Shown: piece after piece, positions 29,458-39,642 of the stretch
Layout of the letters: each line of letters opens with the position of its first letter
Numbering within the stretch: position 1 is the stretch's first letter
Assembly (NCBI GenBank): GCA_001189195.1
Contig: LFCQ01000003.1
Location: forward strand, 7,059 to 71,058
From: Parcubacteria bacterium C7867-007
GTDB taxonomy: Bacteria > Patescibacteriota > Minisyncoccia > Phycocordibacterales > Phycocordibacteraceae
Reading direction: 5' to 3'
DNA length: 64,000 nucleotides
Program-made: the position numbers and the translations under genes
The notes under the pieces: model-generated
What the model was told of the DNA's origin: nothing
The model's database searches: none
The model's input: only the letters and a program-made list of their open reading frames with translations

Positions 29458-30159
29458 ATGTTTCCGCACCCAGAATCTCATACAGGCTCAGTAGCATCGT
29501 TACAAAACTGGCTACGAGCAGCAGTGCTGGGTGCTAATGATGGTATCGTCTCACTCGCTGCTCTGGTAGTTGGTATTGCAGCCACTTCAGCAAGTACTCA
29601 AACACTCCTTGTTACCGGTGTCGCTGCATTGGTGGCAGGAGCACTATCTATGGCGGTGGGTGAGTATGTATCCGTAAGTAGTCAAAGAGATATTGAACAT
29701 GCACTCCTTGCTAAGGAACGATACGAGCTTGAACACTACGCAGATGAAGAGCTTGCAGAGCTTATCGGTATTTATGAAAAGAAAGGCCTCTCGCATGAGA
29801 CCGCACGTACCGTTGCTCTAGAACTAACAGCACATGATGCATTTGCTGCACATGTTGATGCGGAGTTAGGTATTGATCCTGATGATCTCACAGATCCTTT
29901 GCAGGCTGCATTTGCTTCTGCAGCAGCATTCTCACTGGGTGCCGTCATTCCCCTCATCGCTATTGTTACCGCACCAGTTGATATTCGTGTGCAGGTAACG
30001 TTCGTTGCTGTACTCATCGCTCTGGTTGGTACAGGACTTATCAGTGCAAAGATGAGTGGTGCGGGAACTCGCATGGTGATTGTGCGTATGATATTCGGTG
30101 GCTTGCTCGCCATGGTCATCACCTTTGGTATCGGTAGGTTGTTTGGTGCAGGATTCTAG
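29458..30159 (+). CDS. VIT1/CCC1-family Fe/Mn transporter
   Basis: LRAAVLGANDGIVS, GALSMAVGEYVSVSSQRD, HVDAELGID. Confidence 0.95.
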   Translation: MFPHPESHTGSVASLQNWLRAAVLGANDGIVSLAALVVGIAATSASTQTLLVTGVAALVAGALSMAVGEYVSVSSQRDIEHALLAKERYELEHYADEELAELIGIYEKKGLSHETARTVALELTAHDAFAAHVDAELGIDPDDLTDPLQAAFASAAAFSLGAVIPLIAIVTAPVDIRVQVTFVAVLIALVGTGLISAKMSGAGTRMVIVRMIFGGLLAMVITFGIGRLFGAGF

Positions 30160-30192
30160 TTCTTGTCTTGTGAGTGTTGGTATACTTATCGC

Positions 30193-30984
30193 ATGAACCT
30201 ATTTCTTGTTGCAGGCCTCTTTCTCTTTATATACATGTGTTTTGCGTTTGTGGTCTCACTCATACGCAAGGATAACGGGACCGCAGATATCGCTTATGGA
30301 TGGGGCTTTGTACTGCTTGCGTGGATCACCTTCTCACACGGTATGCCGGGTCTCCCTGCAACCGTTGTAAACATCCTTGTGACTATTTGGGCCGTACGCC
30401 TCTCCCTCCGCATCTACCTACGTGGTCGAGGGAAACCAGAAGACTTCCGTTATAAGAAATGGCGTGAGGAGTGGGGAAAGACCTTCGTGATACGAAGTTT
30501 CCTTCAGATCTATATGCTCCAAGGTCTAATCATTTATCTCGTATCTATACCAGTGATGATGCTTAACGCATACAATGGGGTGATTATCTTTGGTCTCATT
30601 GCACTCTTTGGTGCTGCGTTCTGGCTTAAAGGATTCTTCTTTGAAGCAGTGGGTGATGCTGAGCTTGCACGATTCATGAAGGATCCAAAGAATAAGGGTC
30701 ATGTTATGCAGACCGGCCTCTGGTACTACACACGCCATCCCAACTATTATGGTGAGTCACTTATGTGGTGGGGTATTGCACTCATATCGTTTGGTACTCT
30801 TGGTGCAACACAACCCCTTTGGTTTGCCGCACTTGCCTTCATTGGTCCACTCCTTATCACCTTCCTTCTCCTAAAAGTTTCTGGTGTACCGATGCTTGAA
30901 GAGAGATTCAAAGGCAATCCAGAATGGGAAGCGTATAAGGCGCGTACCAGTGTATTCATACCGTGGTTTCCTAAGAAGCAGTAG
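30193..30984 (+). CDS. DUF1295 / steroid 5-alpha-reductase-like membrane protein
   Basis: [30 protein letters not shown]. Confidence 0.9.
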   Translation: MNLFLVAGLFLFIYMCFAFVVSLIRKDNGTADIAYGWGFVLLAWITFSHGMPGLPATVVNILVTIWAVRLSLRIYLRGRGKPEDFRYKKWREEWGKTFVIRSFLQIYMLQGLIIYLVSIPVMMLNAYNGVIIFGLIALFGAAFWLKGFFFEAVGDAELARFMKDPKNKGHVMQTGLWYYTRHPNYYGESLMWWGIALISFGTLGATQPLWFAALAFIGPLLITFLLLKVSGVPMLEERFKGNPEWEAYKARTSVFIPWFPKKQ

Positions 30985-31027
30985 TAGTACTGGGCTAACA
31001 GCGCAACATGCGGTAAGGTGGGTGTAA

Positions 31028-32521
31028 ATGGCTGATAAGAAAGGCGGCGACCAGAATGGCGCGCCTCCACGAGAGATCATCACACGATTTGAGGAGGCGT
31101 CATTCGAATACGGGCACAATCACCCCATCCTAGATGAGGTTAGTTTTTCTATACGCAAAGGAATGAAGGTAACCCTGATGGGACAGAATGGTGCAGGGAA
31201 GTCCACCATCTTTAAACTCATCACAGGAGAACTCAAACTGAATAATGGACGCGTTCTCAATTCTCGGGGAGTGAGTATTGCAATGGCAAGTCAGGTTATC
31301 CCTCCAGCACTCCGTGAGCGCACTGTACGTGAGTTCTTCGAGTCCTGCTTCCCTGAGAAGGTATACGACATTGATCCAAAGATCGATGCTGTACTTGAGG
31401 TGGTTAACCTCCATGCTCCCAAGGAACGCATCATTAGCTCATTCTCTGGAGGTCAACAGGCACGCCTTCTTCTTGCGAGTGCCCTTATACAGGATCCAGA
31501 CCTCCTTCTGCTTGATGAGCCAACAAACAATCTTGATACTGGTGGTATTGAACACCTCACTGACTTCCTTAAGAAGTACGATAAGAGCTGTCTTGTTATT
31601 TCGCATGATGCAGAATTCCTTAATTCATTCACTGATGGTGTGCTGTATCTTGATGTGCACACTCGAAAGATTGAGCAGTATTCCGGTAACTATAATGATC
31701 TTTTGAAAGAGATCACTGCACGTATTGAGCGTGAGAACCGAAAGAACGCACAGTTGGAGAAGAAGATCCAAGAAAACAAAGATAAGGCTAACTTCTTTGC
31801 ACAGAAGGGAGGAAAGATGCGTTTGGTTGCAAAGAAGATGCGTGAAGAGATTGAAGAGATGGAGGATGATAAGGCAGATGTGCGTCGTGAGGATAAGACT
31901 ATTCGTCCCTTTGTTATTCCCTCACAGCCAGAAATACTTGGTGATGTTATTACGATTACTTCGTATGTAACCATTGACCCTAAGAAGCATGTGCCGGTTG
32001 TACACAATAAGTCTCTGTCACTTCGAAAGAAGCAGCATCTCCTTTTGCGTGGTCCTAATGGTATTGGCAAGACTACGCTTCTTGAAGCACTGGCAAGTGG
32101 AAAGGCAGAGGGTGCACAAATAGCTAAAGGTGTACGCACCGGTTACTATCGCCAGGATTTCTCCACACTAAACTTTGATCATTCAGTACGTGAATCACTC
32201 CTGTCAGTGATGGAGAAACAGGATGAGGAACGTATGCGTGCTGTTGCTGCAGGGTTCTTGATTAATGCAGACCACATCAACAAGAAGATTGGGGTGCTTT
32301 CAGAGGGACAGAAGGGTCTTGTTGCTTTTGCACGTCTGGTACTTGAACGCCCGGGCCTCCTTATCCTCGATGAGCCAACCAACCATATTAACTTCCGCCA
32401 TCTACCAGTTATTGCAAAGGCACTGGATCAGTATGAAGGCGCTATGATTATGGTGAGTCACGTACCTGAGTTCGTGAGCCAGATACGTATTGATGAGATA
32501 CTAGATCTTGATAAGAAATAA
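31028..32521 (+). CDS. ABC-F family ATPase
   Basis: Two NBDs (GQNGAGKS / FSGGQ / LLDEPTN; GPNGIGKT / LSEGQ / ILDEPTN), no TM segments. Confidence 0.92.
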   Translation: MADKKGGDQNGAPPREIITRFEEASFEYGHNHPILDEVSFSIRKGMKVTLMGQNGAGKSTIFKLITGELKLNNGRVLNSRGVSIAMASQVIPPALRERTVREFFESCFPEKVYDIDPKIDAVLEVVNLHAPKERIISSFSGGQQARLLLASALIQDPDLLLLDEPTNNLDTGGIEHLTDFLKKYDKSCLVISHDAEFLNSFTDGVLYLDVHTRKIEQYSGNYNDLLKEITARIERENRKNAQLEKKIQENKDKANFFAQKGGKMRLVAKKMREEIEEMEDDKADVRREDKTIRPFVIPSQPEILGDVITITSYVTIDPKKHVPVVHNKSLSLRKKQHLLLRGPNGIGKTTLLEALASGKAEGAQIAKGVRTGYYRQDFSTLNFDHSVRESLLSVMEKQDEERMRAVAAGFLINADHINKKIGVLSEGQKGLVAFARLVLERPGLLILDEPTNHINFRHLPVIAKALDQYEGAMIMVSHVPEFVSQIRIDEILDLDKK

Positions 32522-32526
32522 CTTCT

Positions 32527-32889
32527 ATGAAGAACTCGCTACGAACAAAGGAAATGGTTCAAAGCATTAGAGACTACAATGCTGAACATCCAGAAGAAAA
32601 GAATGGAGAGTGTGCACTTTGCACCAAAGAAGCTGTTGAAACATTCTCTCACTGGAAGATTACTGAAAACAAGTTCCCCTACGATCTCGTTGCCACAACG
32701 CACCACATGATCATGCCGCTTCGTCATGCAACTGAAACTGAACTCACCATGGATGAGTGGAAAGAATATCAGGAGATAAAGCACAGTAAGTTACAAGAGT
32801 ACGACTATCTCCTTGAAGGTACTTCGAAGACGAAGTCTATCCCTGCACACTTTCATATTCATTTGATTATTGGAAAGGGACCTCAGTAG
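32527..32889 (+). CDS. HIT-like nucleotide hydrolase
   Basis: CxxC (CALC), ENKFPYD, histidine triad HFHIH. Confidence 0.75.
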   Translation: MKNSLRTKEMVQSIRDYNAEHPEEKNGECALCTKEAVETFSHWKITENKFPYDLVATTHHMIMPLRHATETELTMDEWKEYQEIKHSKLQEYDYLLEGTSKTKSIPAHFHIHLIIGKGPQ

Positions 32890-32910
32890 GTTCGATCCCT
32901 GGTCTGCGAG
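32887..32910 (+). repeat. Degenerate copy of the tRNA-Gln 3' end (att-like)
   Basis: TAGGTTCGATCCCTGGTCT versus TAGGTTCGATCCCTAGTCT at 28986-29004 (18/19 identical; 21/24 when extended). Confidence 0.7.
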
Positions 32911-32924
32911 TAACTAAAGCAAAA

Positions 32925-32948
32925 GTCGCCCGACGGAATTCGGGCGAC
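32925..32948 (-). terminator. Intrinsic terminator
   Basis: GTCGCCCGA/TCGGGCGAC with an A-tract on the left. Confidence 0.75.
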
Positions 32949-32975
32949 CACGTAGCGGAAATAGTCCTCTTAATC

Positions 32976-33548
32976 TCAACGAAGATAACGAGTGATGGTG
33001 TGTGCAAGGCCATCGATTGTGTGACGCACCTCGTAACCTCCTTCGTCTCCACCGCCTGTAAACAGACGAGGAGGATCAGCAGGTATACCACCTGTGATCC
33101 AGAGCCCGTACTTGCGAGAGAGAGCTTCAAGTTCATCAGCAAATGCCTGTGCCTTCATAGTGTGGTTCTCAACCCATGGCAACTCAGGCCAAAGGACTTC
33201 GGCAAGTTGTCGCGCCCTCTTGACGGTGTAGTTGTGAACAGGACGAGTTGCATATAGTTCGTTAGCCGTAATTTCACGGATATCGAAAGGAGGGGACAAG
33301 AAGTGTCCACCGAATTCTTCTTCCGTGAGCAAGCCGCGTACATCATGGATTCTGCCGTCTGGAGCGCGCACACCTGCGTGCCAAATCACTGCGTCCTTCA
33401 TTAAGCCGGCCATTGGCCAGTTAAGGCCTTGATTGAGTGCTATCGCGAAGGCATAACATTCTCCTTCAAGAAAGACACCGCGGTACATGTCATGCAACAT
33501 CTCGTGGTCTTCAGGGCTTTGTTCCAGTTTGCGAAGGATCGTAGGCAT
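32976..33548 (-). CDS. Hypothetical protein with a Cys-His-Asp papain-like pattern
   Basis: 'FLEGECYAFAIAL...WHAGV...IHDVRG'; SD AGGAG. Confidence 0.65.
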   Translation of the reverse strand: MPTILRKLEQSPEDHEMLHDMYRGVFLEGECYAFAIALNQGLNWPMAGLMKDAVIWHAGVRAPDGRIHDVRGLLTEEEFGGHFLSPPFDIREITANELYATRPVHNYTVKRARQLAEVLWPELPWVENHTMKAQAFADELEALSRKYGLWITGGIPADPPRLFTGGGDEGGYEVRHTIDGLAHTITRYLR

Positions 33549-33700
33549 CAGTCATCTCCTAAAAAGAGTTGAACGGCTAAGGCCGCTTATCTAGACAGAA
33601 GCTAGCACATGTAGCAAAAGGCTACCAACATTGCTTAGACAGTCCTTCATTGACACCTTATGAATAAACATTAGAATCCGGACAGAAAAGGAGACCAGAA

Positions 33701-34084
33701 ATGAGTAGTTTCAAGTTGGGTGGGATCCCCACTCATGCCTGCGAACACTTCTATGCCTTGCGAGACAAGGTGTGTGGTGAAAACGGCCAGCAGTGGTCCG
33801 ACGCTTTAGGGGCTTTGCTTGCGCATGCAGATCCTGTGCAAGCGAAACACCTGCTCACTCCCGTCCCGCAGTTTGGGCCTGAGTACCCCTTGTTTCTCAT
33901 GCAAGCGGGCGCCATGTTCCAGTTCCTGCCTCTTCGCGAAGCAGGTATTCTGTATGACAACGGCCTCGTGGACGTCAAATTCGGTACCTTTGTTCTCGAA
34001 GAAGGTCTCAAGATCAGACTCATGACTGATGAGGAGAAAGGCAAGATTTCTGAAATTGCCGACCGGTACAGTGAGAACAAATAA
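33701..34084 (+). CDS. Hypothetical protein
   Basis: SD AAAGGAG, TTGACA(33650)-N16-TAGAAT, downstream hairpin AGCCACCG/CGGTGGCT-TT. Confidence 0.7.
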   Translation: MSSFKLGGIPTHACEHFYALRDKVCGENGQQWSDALGALLAHADPVQAKHLLTPVPQFGPEYPLFLMQAGAMFQFLPLREAGILYDNGLVDVKFGTFVLEEGLKIRLMTDEEKGKISEIADRYSENK

Positions 34085-34164
34085 GCCACCGCGAGGGTCA
34101 CCCTCCGGTGGCTTTCGTGCATACTGCGCTCTCCCATATCAGATAGCCGTTATATACTTTCCCC

Positions 34165-34761
34165 ATGAAGCTTGATCGGGTACTAGCATTCACAGAGATG
34201 CTGCAGGAATTTCAGAAGATTGATCGTGTTATGCACGTGCCTGGTTTTCCCGATCGTTTAGAAAATGATGTAGAACACAGCTATACGCTTGCAATGCTTG
34301 CCTGGTATCTGGTCTCGAGTGAGAAACTACCGCTTGACGCAGATCTAGTTCTTAAATACGGGATGATTCATGACCTTGTAGAGGTATATGCTGGAGACAC
34401 CTATATCTACGGCAATGAAGAACACCTTGCCAGCAAACATGAGCGGGAGGCTGCAGCGATACTGCGATTGCAGGAGGTATTTCCAGAGTTCACTGATCTC
34501 CACAAACTTATTGAGCAATATGAACGACGTGAGGATGCAGAGAGCAAGTTTATATACGCTCTTGATAAGCTACAACCAATTATTCATGCGTACATAGGAG
34601 GTGGAGTGACGTGGAAGAAGATGAACATTGTTCTTGCAATGGTGATTGAGAACAAGACTCCCAAGATCGCTGTCGATCCGTATGTAACGGAATGCTATGA
34701 AGAACTCTTGGATATTCTCCGTGAACGTGAAGAAGAGTTCTTTGGCTCTATAACTACCTAG
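34165..34761 (+). CDS. HD-domain phosphohydrolase (YfbR/HDDC2-like)
   Basis: ENDVEHSY, IHDLVEVYAGD, ALDKLQP. Confidence 0.9.
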   Translation: MKLDRVLAFTEMLQEFQKIDRVMHVPGFPDRLENDVEHSYTLAMLAWYLVSSEKLPLDADLVLKYGMIHDLVEVYAGDTYIYGNEEHLASKHEREAAAILRLQEVFPEFTDLHKLIEQYERREDAESKFIYALDKLQPIIHAYIGGGVTWKKMNIVLAMVIENKTPKIAVDPYVTECYEELLDILREREEEFFGSITT

Positions 34762-35525
34762 AGACCCAAAAGCTGGAGGAACTCCTTCAATTCCTCTCCT
34801 TCAATGGGACGGAATGCACCCGCATGTAGTTTGCCTAGTTTGATATTTAATACACGACTTCGCTTCAAATCCTCCACCTCATTGTGCATTGCCACAACCA
34901 TACGGCGTACCTGATGTTTCTTTCCTTCCGTTAGAGTGATGGAAAAGCTTTTCTCGCCTAAGATCTTCACCTTTGCCGGCTTAGTTACATACCCCTCAAT
35001 ATCTACACCTGCTTCCATGTGTGTTCGGAAACTATCTCGCATCGGGTACTTTGTCTTAACGGTGTACTCCTTATCATGTTCCGCAGCAGGATTGAGAAGA
35101 CGATCTGTTATGCGACCATCGTTGGTGAGGATAATGAGACCATGTGAGTCCTTATCAAGGCGACCGATAGGGAACACGCCTTTATCAGCGAGCTCTGGAA
35201 CACTCTCACGTATATCGGTCTCTGATTCTCCTGGGGAGTGAGTGATAACACCGCGTGGTTTGTTGTATGCAAAGTACAACCGCTCCGTTCCTTTCTTGCC
35301 ACTTTTCACCTCTACCTTGTCTGTTTCGTTCACCTTGTCTCCGAGGACCGCAATACGTCCATTTATGAGCACCCGATGCTTATCAATTAGTTCATCTGCC
35401 CCGCGCCGTGTTGAGTGCCCCTTGAGTGCAAGGTATTTATTGATACGCATGGGATATACCAGTACTTCATGTTCTTGTTTTGCCTGAACTTTAATCGGCA
35501 ACTTCTTACTAGGAGTCTTCTTCAT
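34758..35525 (-). CDS. rRNA pseudouridine synthase (RsuA/RluB/RluF family)
   Basis: S4 domain RINKYLA...RRGADELI, NKPRGV, GRLDKDSHGL, LTEGKKHQVRRM. Confidence 0.95.
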   Translation of the reverse strand: MKKTPSKKLPIKVQAKQEHEVLVYPMRINKYLALKGHSTRRGADELIDKHRVLINGRIAVLGDKVNETDKVEVKSGKKGTERLYFAYNKPRGVITHSPGESETDIRESVPELADKGVFPIGRLDKDSHGLIILTNDGRITDRLLNPAAEHDKEYTVKTKYPMRDSFRTHMEAGVDIEGYVTKPAKVKILGEKSFSITLTEGKKHQVRRMVVAMHNEVEDLKRSRVLNIKLGKLHAGAFRPIEGEELKEFLQLLGL

Positions 35526-35771
35526 TGTTTCCAGTATAGCGTCTAATGTATTTCTCTGCCCGCTCACATTTTCTTCATTACCAACTGCATAAGATAGCAG
35601 AGTATCGAAGTTACTCGCACCTAACCTACTTCTATGCTTAAAAACATGAAATACGATCTACTGCTTGCGATCCCTGCACTCATGCTTGCAAGCATACTTG
35701 GTGCCTTTACGGTCGTGCACTCATAGAACGGAATCATCTGTTAAAATAGACGGGCGACGATAACAGGAACG

Positions 35772-35800
35772 GCGTAAGTTGCGCCGTTCCTGCACGTCAT
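35772..35800 (+). promoter_or_regulatory. Putative ECF-sigma autoregulatory promoter
   Basis: CGTAAG-N16-CGTCAT, 5 nt before the sigma ATG; resembles the ECF -35/-10 (CGT) architecture. Confidence 0.55.
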
Positions 35801-35805
35801 ATCCT

Positions 35806-36315
35806 ATGGACCAGGACCAAGCAAAGGCATATTTCCTTGATATTCATGAGAAGCATGCGGATGAGATATTCCGATTCTGCCTCATGAAGGTCTCAAATAA
35901 GGAAAAGGCGGAGGATTTGACCCAAGAAGCATTTATGCGGTTTTGGCAGTCCGTTCGCACTGGAGAGACGATCCGTCAGGAGCGTGCCTTCCTCTATACA
36001 CTTGCTCGCAACCTGGTTATAGACTGGTACCGTAAGAAGAAGGAAAGCTCCCTCGACGCTATTCAGGAGGAGGGAATGGACTTTGCTGGAGAAGGGAAAG
36101 CAGATGTTGAGCAGCTTGCGCAGATGAACGAAGCCCTTGCGGTTATCGATACTCTTGATGCTTCATCTCGTGAAGCAGTGCTCCTCCGCTACGTGGAAGG
36201 GTGGTCTCCGCAAGAGATTGCCGCCCTCACCGGAGAAACAGCAAATGCCGTGTCTGTGCGTCTCAACCGTGCTATCAAGAAGGTGCAAGAACGAATACAT
36301 GCGACCAACCCGTAA
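35806..36315 (+). CDS. ECF RNA polymerase sigma factor
   Basis: AEDLTQEAFMRFW, FLYTLARNLVIDWYRK, region 4 'EIAALTGETANAVSVRLNRA'. Confidence 0.95.
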   Translation: MDQDQAKAYFLDIHEKHADEIFRFCLMKVSNKEKAEDLTQEAFMRFWQSVRTGETIRQERAFLYTLARNLVIDWYRKKKESSLDAIQEEGMDFAGEGKADVEQLAQMNEALAVIDTLDASSREAVLLRYVEGWSPQEIAALTGETANAVSVRLNRAIKKVQERIHATNP

Positions 36316-37363
36316 AACAACTGAATATCTAAAATCACTCCAGACTCTCAAGCTCGATGAGAGTGTTAAAGCACGTATGCGTGATGGACTTGATGCATAC
36401 GCTGATCTACACACTCTCAAGACTCCCATTTCAATACCTGTGCGCTCACCATTCTTTGCATACTCATTCATGCGCACAAGCTACGGAGTCTTTGCTGTTG
36501 CCCTCATGCTGCTCGTTTCCGGTACGGGTGCTGCCTACGCTTCCGAAGCAAGTGTGCCAGGAAGTCCTCTGTATAGGGTTAAGGTCTCTGTTATTGAGCC
36601 TGTACGTGGTGCTCTTATAACCAGTGCACAGGGTCAAGCGGAGTGGCATGCGAATCTTGCTGCACGTCGTCTTGAAGAAGCAACGAAGCTTGCGGTGGCC
36701 AATAAGCTTGATGCAGAATCTAGTGCATACCTCCAGGATCGATTTGAATCTGAAGTACGCATTTCAAGTCAGGCAGCGGATGCACTAACCGTAACAGGTA
36801 ACACAGAAGCAGCACTAGATGTGCGCTCCGATCTTGAAGCACGCATTACAGCTCACGCACAGATCCTTGGTCTCGTATCTGAACACCTTAAAGCAACGGT
36901 GGGTGAAGATGCTTCAGGTTTTCTTGATACCCGAGCATTTCTTGCGGTGATCAACGAACATCGTGAGGAGGTGGTACAAGCACGTCTGGCACTTGAAGAC
37001 TCTGCAAGTGACACCGATCCGGTGGTTACCCTTGCGCGTGCAGATGTAACGGCAAAGACCGTGGTCTCTCTTGCTCGTGCCAATCCAGCCGGTACTGTTG
37101 AAGATATTTCTGAACCTCATCTTGATACTGCTCGTGCTGCACTTATGCAGGCACAGGGAGCGTCAAGTGAAATAGAGGCTTCAAACAAGGCCCATGAGGC
37201 AGAGCGTGCTTCTGATGTAGCAACTATCCTTTTGCAGCACGCAAAACTGATTAGTACCCTCACTATTGCAACAAGCACAGCAACCACCACCCCTGTGGAA
37301 ATCCCAACAGAAACACCTGATGATACTGAGAAATCTGTTCAGAAGGACCCTATATCTCGATAA
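36299..37363 (+). CDS. Putative anti-sigma factor (DUF5667-like)
   Basis: Overlaps the sigma gene; TM then 'ASEASVPGSPLYRVKV...RRLEEA'. Confidence 0.75.
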   Translation: MRPTRKTTEYLKSLQTLKLDESVKARMRDGLDAYADLHTLKTPISIPVRSPFFAYSFMRTSYGVFAVALMLLVSGTGAAYASEASVPGSPLYRVKVSVIEPVRGALITSAQGQAEWHANLAARRLEEATKLAVANKLDAESSAYLQDRFESEVRISSQAADALTVTGNTEAALDVRSDLEARITAHAQILGLVSEHLKATVGEDASGFLDTRAFLAVINEHREEVVQARLALEDSASDTDPVVTLARADVTAKTVVSLARANPAGTVEDISEPHLDTARAALMQAQGASSEIEASNKAHEAERASDVATILLQHAKLISTLTIATSTATTTPVEIPTETPDDTEKSVQKDPISR

Positions 37364-37398
37364 TAAGTGCTTTGGGTGTCGTTTGATACAATGTACCT

Positions 37399-39108
37399 AT
37401 GACGCAAAGCGAAGCGTTGCGAATCCTCGCAACGGGAGTAAACGTATTCCTAACAGGTGAGCCCGGTAGCGGTAAAACGCATACGGTTAACGCCTATGTG
37501 CAGTGGCTACGTGAGCGGGGCATCGAGCCTGCAGTAACTGCATCAACCGGTATTGCTGCCACCCATATTCAAGGCATGACCATTCACTCATGGAGTGGCA
37601 TTGGGGTTAAAGAGTTTCTGTCAGACGCTGATATAGATGCAATTGCAAGCAAGGAGCATGTGGTGCGACGTATTCAACGTACAAGCGTGCTTATCATAGA
37701 TGAGGTATCTATGCTCTCTGGCGCAGTACTCACCATGGTCGATGCAGTGTGTCGTGAAGTACGCCATCGTCCCGATGATGCGTTTGGGGGCATGCAGGTA
37801 GTACTTGTTGGTGACTTCTTTCAGCTTCCCCCTATTTCTCGTAACAACTCAGCATCATTTGCGTTTGAGTCTCCTGCATGGAAGGAACTTAAACTAGTTG
37901 CCTGCTATCTAACAGAGCAGCATCGCCAGGAAGATAAGAAGTTCCTAAATGTACTGGGTGCTATCCGTTCACGTGAATGGGACCAGGGAACCGTCTCTAC
38001 CATCATGACGCGTGAGACTGATGGGTATGAACTAGACGAAGACATCCCTCGCCTGTACACCCATAACGCTGATGTAGATCGCATCAATGAAGAGAAGCTT
38101 TCCACCCTAGAGGGAACGGGCAAGGTGTACCGCATGAGTGCAGAAGGAGCACCACCCCTTATAGAGGCACTTAAGCGTGGCTGTCTTTCTCCAGAAACAC
38201 TAACCCTTAAAGAGGGTGCGGTGGTGATGGGGACCAAAAACAATCCTGCAAATGGTATGACCAACGGTACTCTCGCAACAGTTACGGGCTTTGAGAAGGG
38301 ATCTAACTTCCCTATCGTTGAAACCTTTGATGGTCGCACACTCACCATTTCTGAATTGGAGTGGGCGGTGGAAGAAGGAGGACGGGTGCGTGCAAAGATA
38401 CGACAGATTCCACTGCGTCTTGCATGGGCAATCACCGTGCACAAGAGTCAGGGTATGAGTATGGATGCTGCAGCAATAGATCTTTCTCGTGCCTTTGAAT
38501 ATGGGCAAGGGTATGTTGCACTCTCCCGTGTACGATCACTCGCAGGTCTGCACATACTTGGATGGAGTGAGGGTGCCTTTCAGGTACACCCTGAAGTGGG
38601 ACGAAAGGATGATGAATTCCGTTCTCTATCTGAGGAAGCGCGCATTGCCTTTGATCAGCTCGAAGAAGCAGGTGAACGTGAAGCACTTGCACGCAGCTTT
38701 GTTCGTTTCAGTGGTGGTACCTATGAACCTGAATTTAAAAAGGCTGCTGAGGGAACGGTATCACTTCCTAAAGCAGCAAAGCGAAGTACCTATGACATCA
38801 CTCTTGAACTTCTTAAGGAAGGAAAGTCTCTTGATGAGATTGCAAAGGAACGAAACCTAACTCTTGGGACCATCTGCGGACACGCAGAGAAGCTACTAAC
38901 TGCAAAGCGCATTGAACGAGACCTTATCCAGACCGCTATTTCTGATCGTTTGAACGCAAGTCTGCCTAAAATACAAACCGCATTCAAGAAGTTTCCTAGC
39001 AAAGAGTTAACACCCATATTTGCACACCTGAAGGGTGCCTATACGTTTGATGAACTTAAACTAGCTCGCCTGCTTATGGATGAAGAGGTGGCCCAGGAGG
39101 TATGGTAG
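37399..39108 (+). CDS. PIF1/RecD-like SF1B helicase with C-terminal HTH
   Basis: GEPGSGKT, IIDEVSM, GDFFQLPP, QIPLRLAWAITVHKSQGMS, YVALSR. Confidence 0.92.
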   Translation: MTQSEALRILATGVNVFLTGEPGSGKTHTVNAYVQWLRERGIEPAVTASTGIAATHIQGMTIHSWSGIGVKEFLSDADIDAIASKEHVVRRIQRTSVLIIDEVSMLSGAVLTMVDAVCREVRHRPDDAFGGMQVVLVGDFFQLPPISRNNSASFAFESPAWKELKLVACYLTEQHRQEDKKFLNVLGAIRSREWDQGTVSTIMTRETDGYELDEDIPRLYTHNADVDRINEEKLSTLEGTGKVYRMSAEGAPPLIEALKRGCLSPETLTLKEGAVVMGTKNNPANGMTNGTLATVTGFEKGSNFPIVETFDGRTLTISELEWAVEEGGRVRAKIRQIPLRLAWAITVHKSQGMSMDAAAIDLSRAFEYGQGYVALSRVRSLAGLHILGWSEGAFQVHPEVGRKDDEFRSLSEEARIAFDQLEEAGEREALARSFVRFSGGTYEPEFKKAAEGTVSLPKAAKRSTYDITLELLKEGKSLDEIAKERNLTLGTICGHAEKLLTAKRIERDLIQTAISDRLNASLPKIQTAFKKFPSKELTPIFAHLKGAYTFDELKLARLLMDEEVAQEVW

Positions 39109-39150
39109 GTCTTCATCAACGCTCCAGATAGGGTAACGTAGTATGCATAC

Positions 39151-39618
39151 ATGATGAAAGTGTTCGGTTTAGCTATGATTGTGGTTCTTGCCGTTGGCGC
39201 ACTTGCGTTCTGGGTACGCATGCAAACAGACCTACCCACAGTTTCTCTTCCAACAGTTGAATCGCTGGTTGAGGCAAAGCCAGTGATCCTCACCGCGAGT
39301 GTTGCAAATGCCATTAGTGAAAATGAAGATCAATATGTTGATCGTACAGGAATGATTCTTCTTGATACTGCAGGGGGAACCTCCGTACCTTATATTCAAT
39401 ACGCAACAGATAACGAGAAAGTTGCCACGAGACAACTAATATTCGCAGGAAGTCGTGGCTGTGCCGCCAATGCAGGTGATCTCCCTTGTGTGGCAGTGGA
39501 TCCTGATGCGGCGTACCCTCAGTACCCAACCGGCACCAATGTCCGAGTGCGGGGTATGCAGATGGCAGATCGTATTTTGGTGTATCAGATCGATGTCGTA
39601 ACACCAGCTGCGAATTAA
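39151..39618 (+). CDS. Hypothetical membrane-anchored protein (OB-like C-terminus)
   Basis: N-terminal TM; 'GTNVRVRG...ILVYQI'. Confidence 0.65.
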   Translation: MMKVFGLAMIVVLAVGALAFWVRMQTDLPTVSLPTVESLVEAKPVILTASVANAISENEDQYVDRTGMILLDTAGGTSVPYIQYATDNEKVATRQLIFAGSRGCAANAGDLPCVAVDPDAAYPQYPTGTNVRVRGMQMADRILVYQIDVVTPAAN

Positions 39619-39642
39619 ACCCTCAGGACGTATACTGATGCT

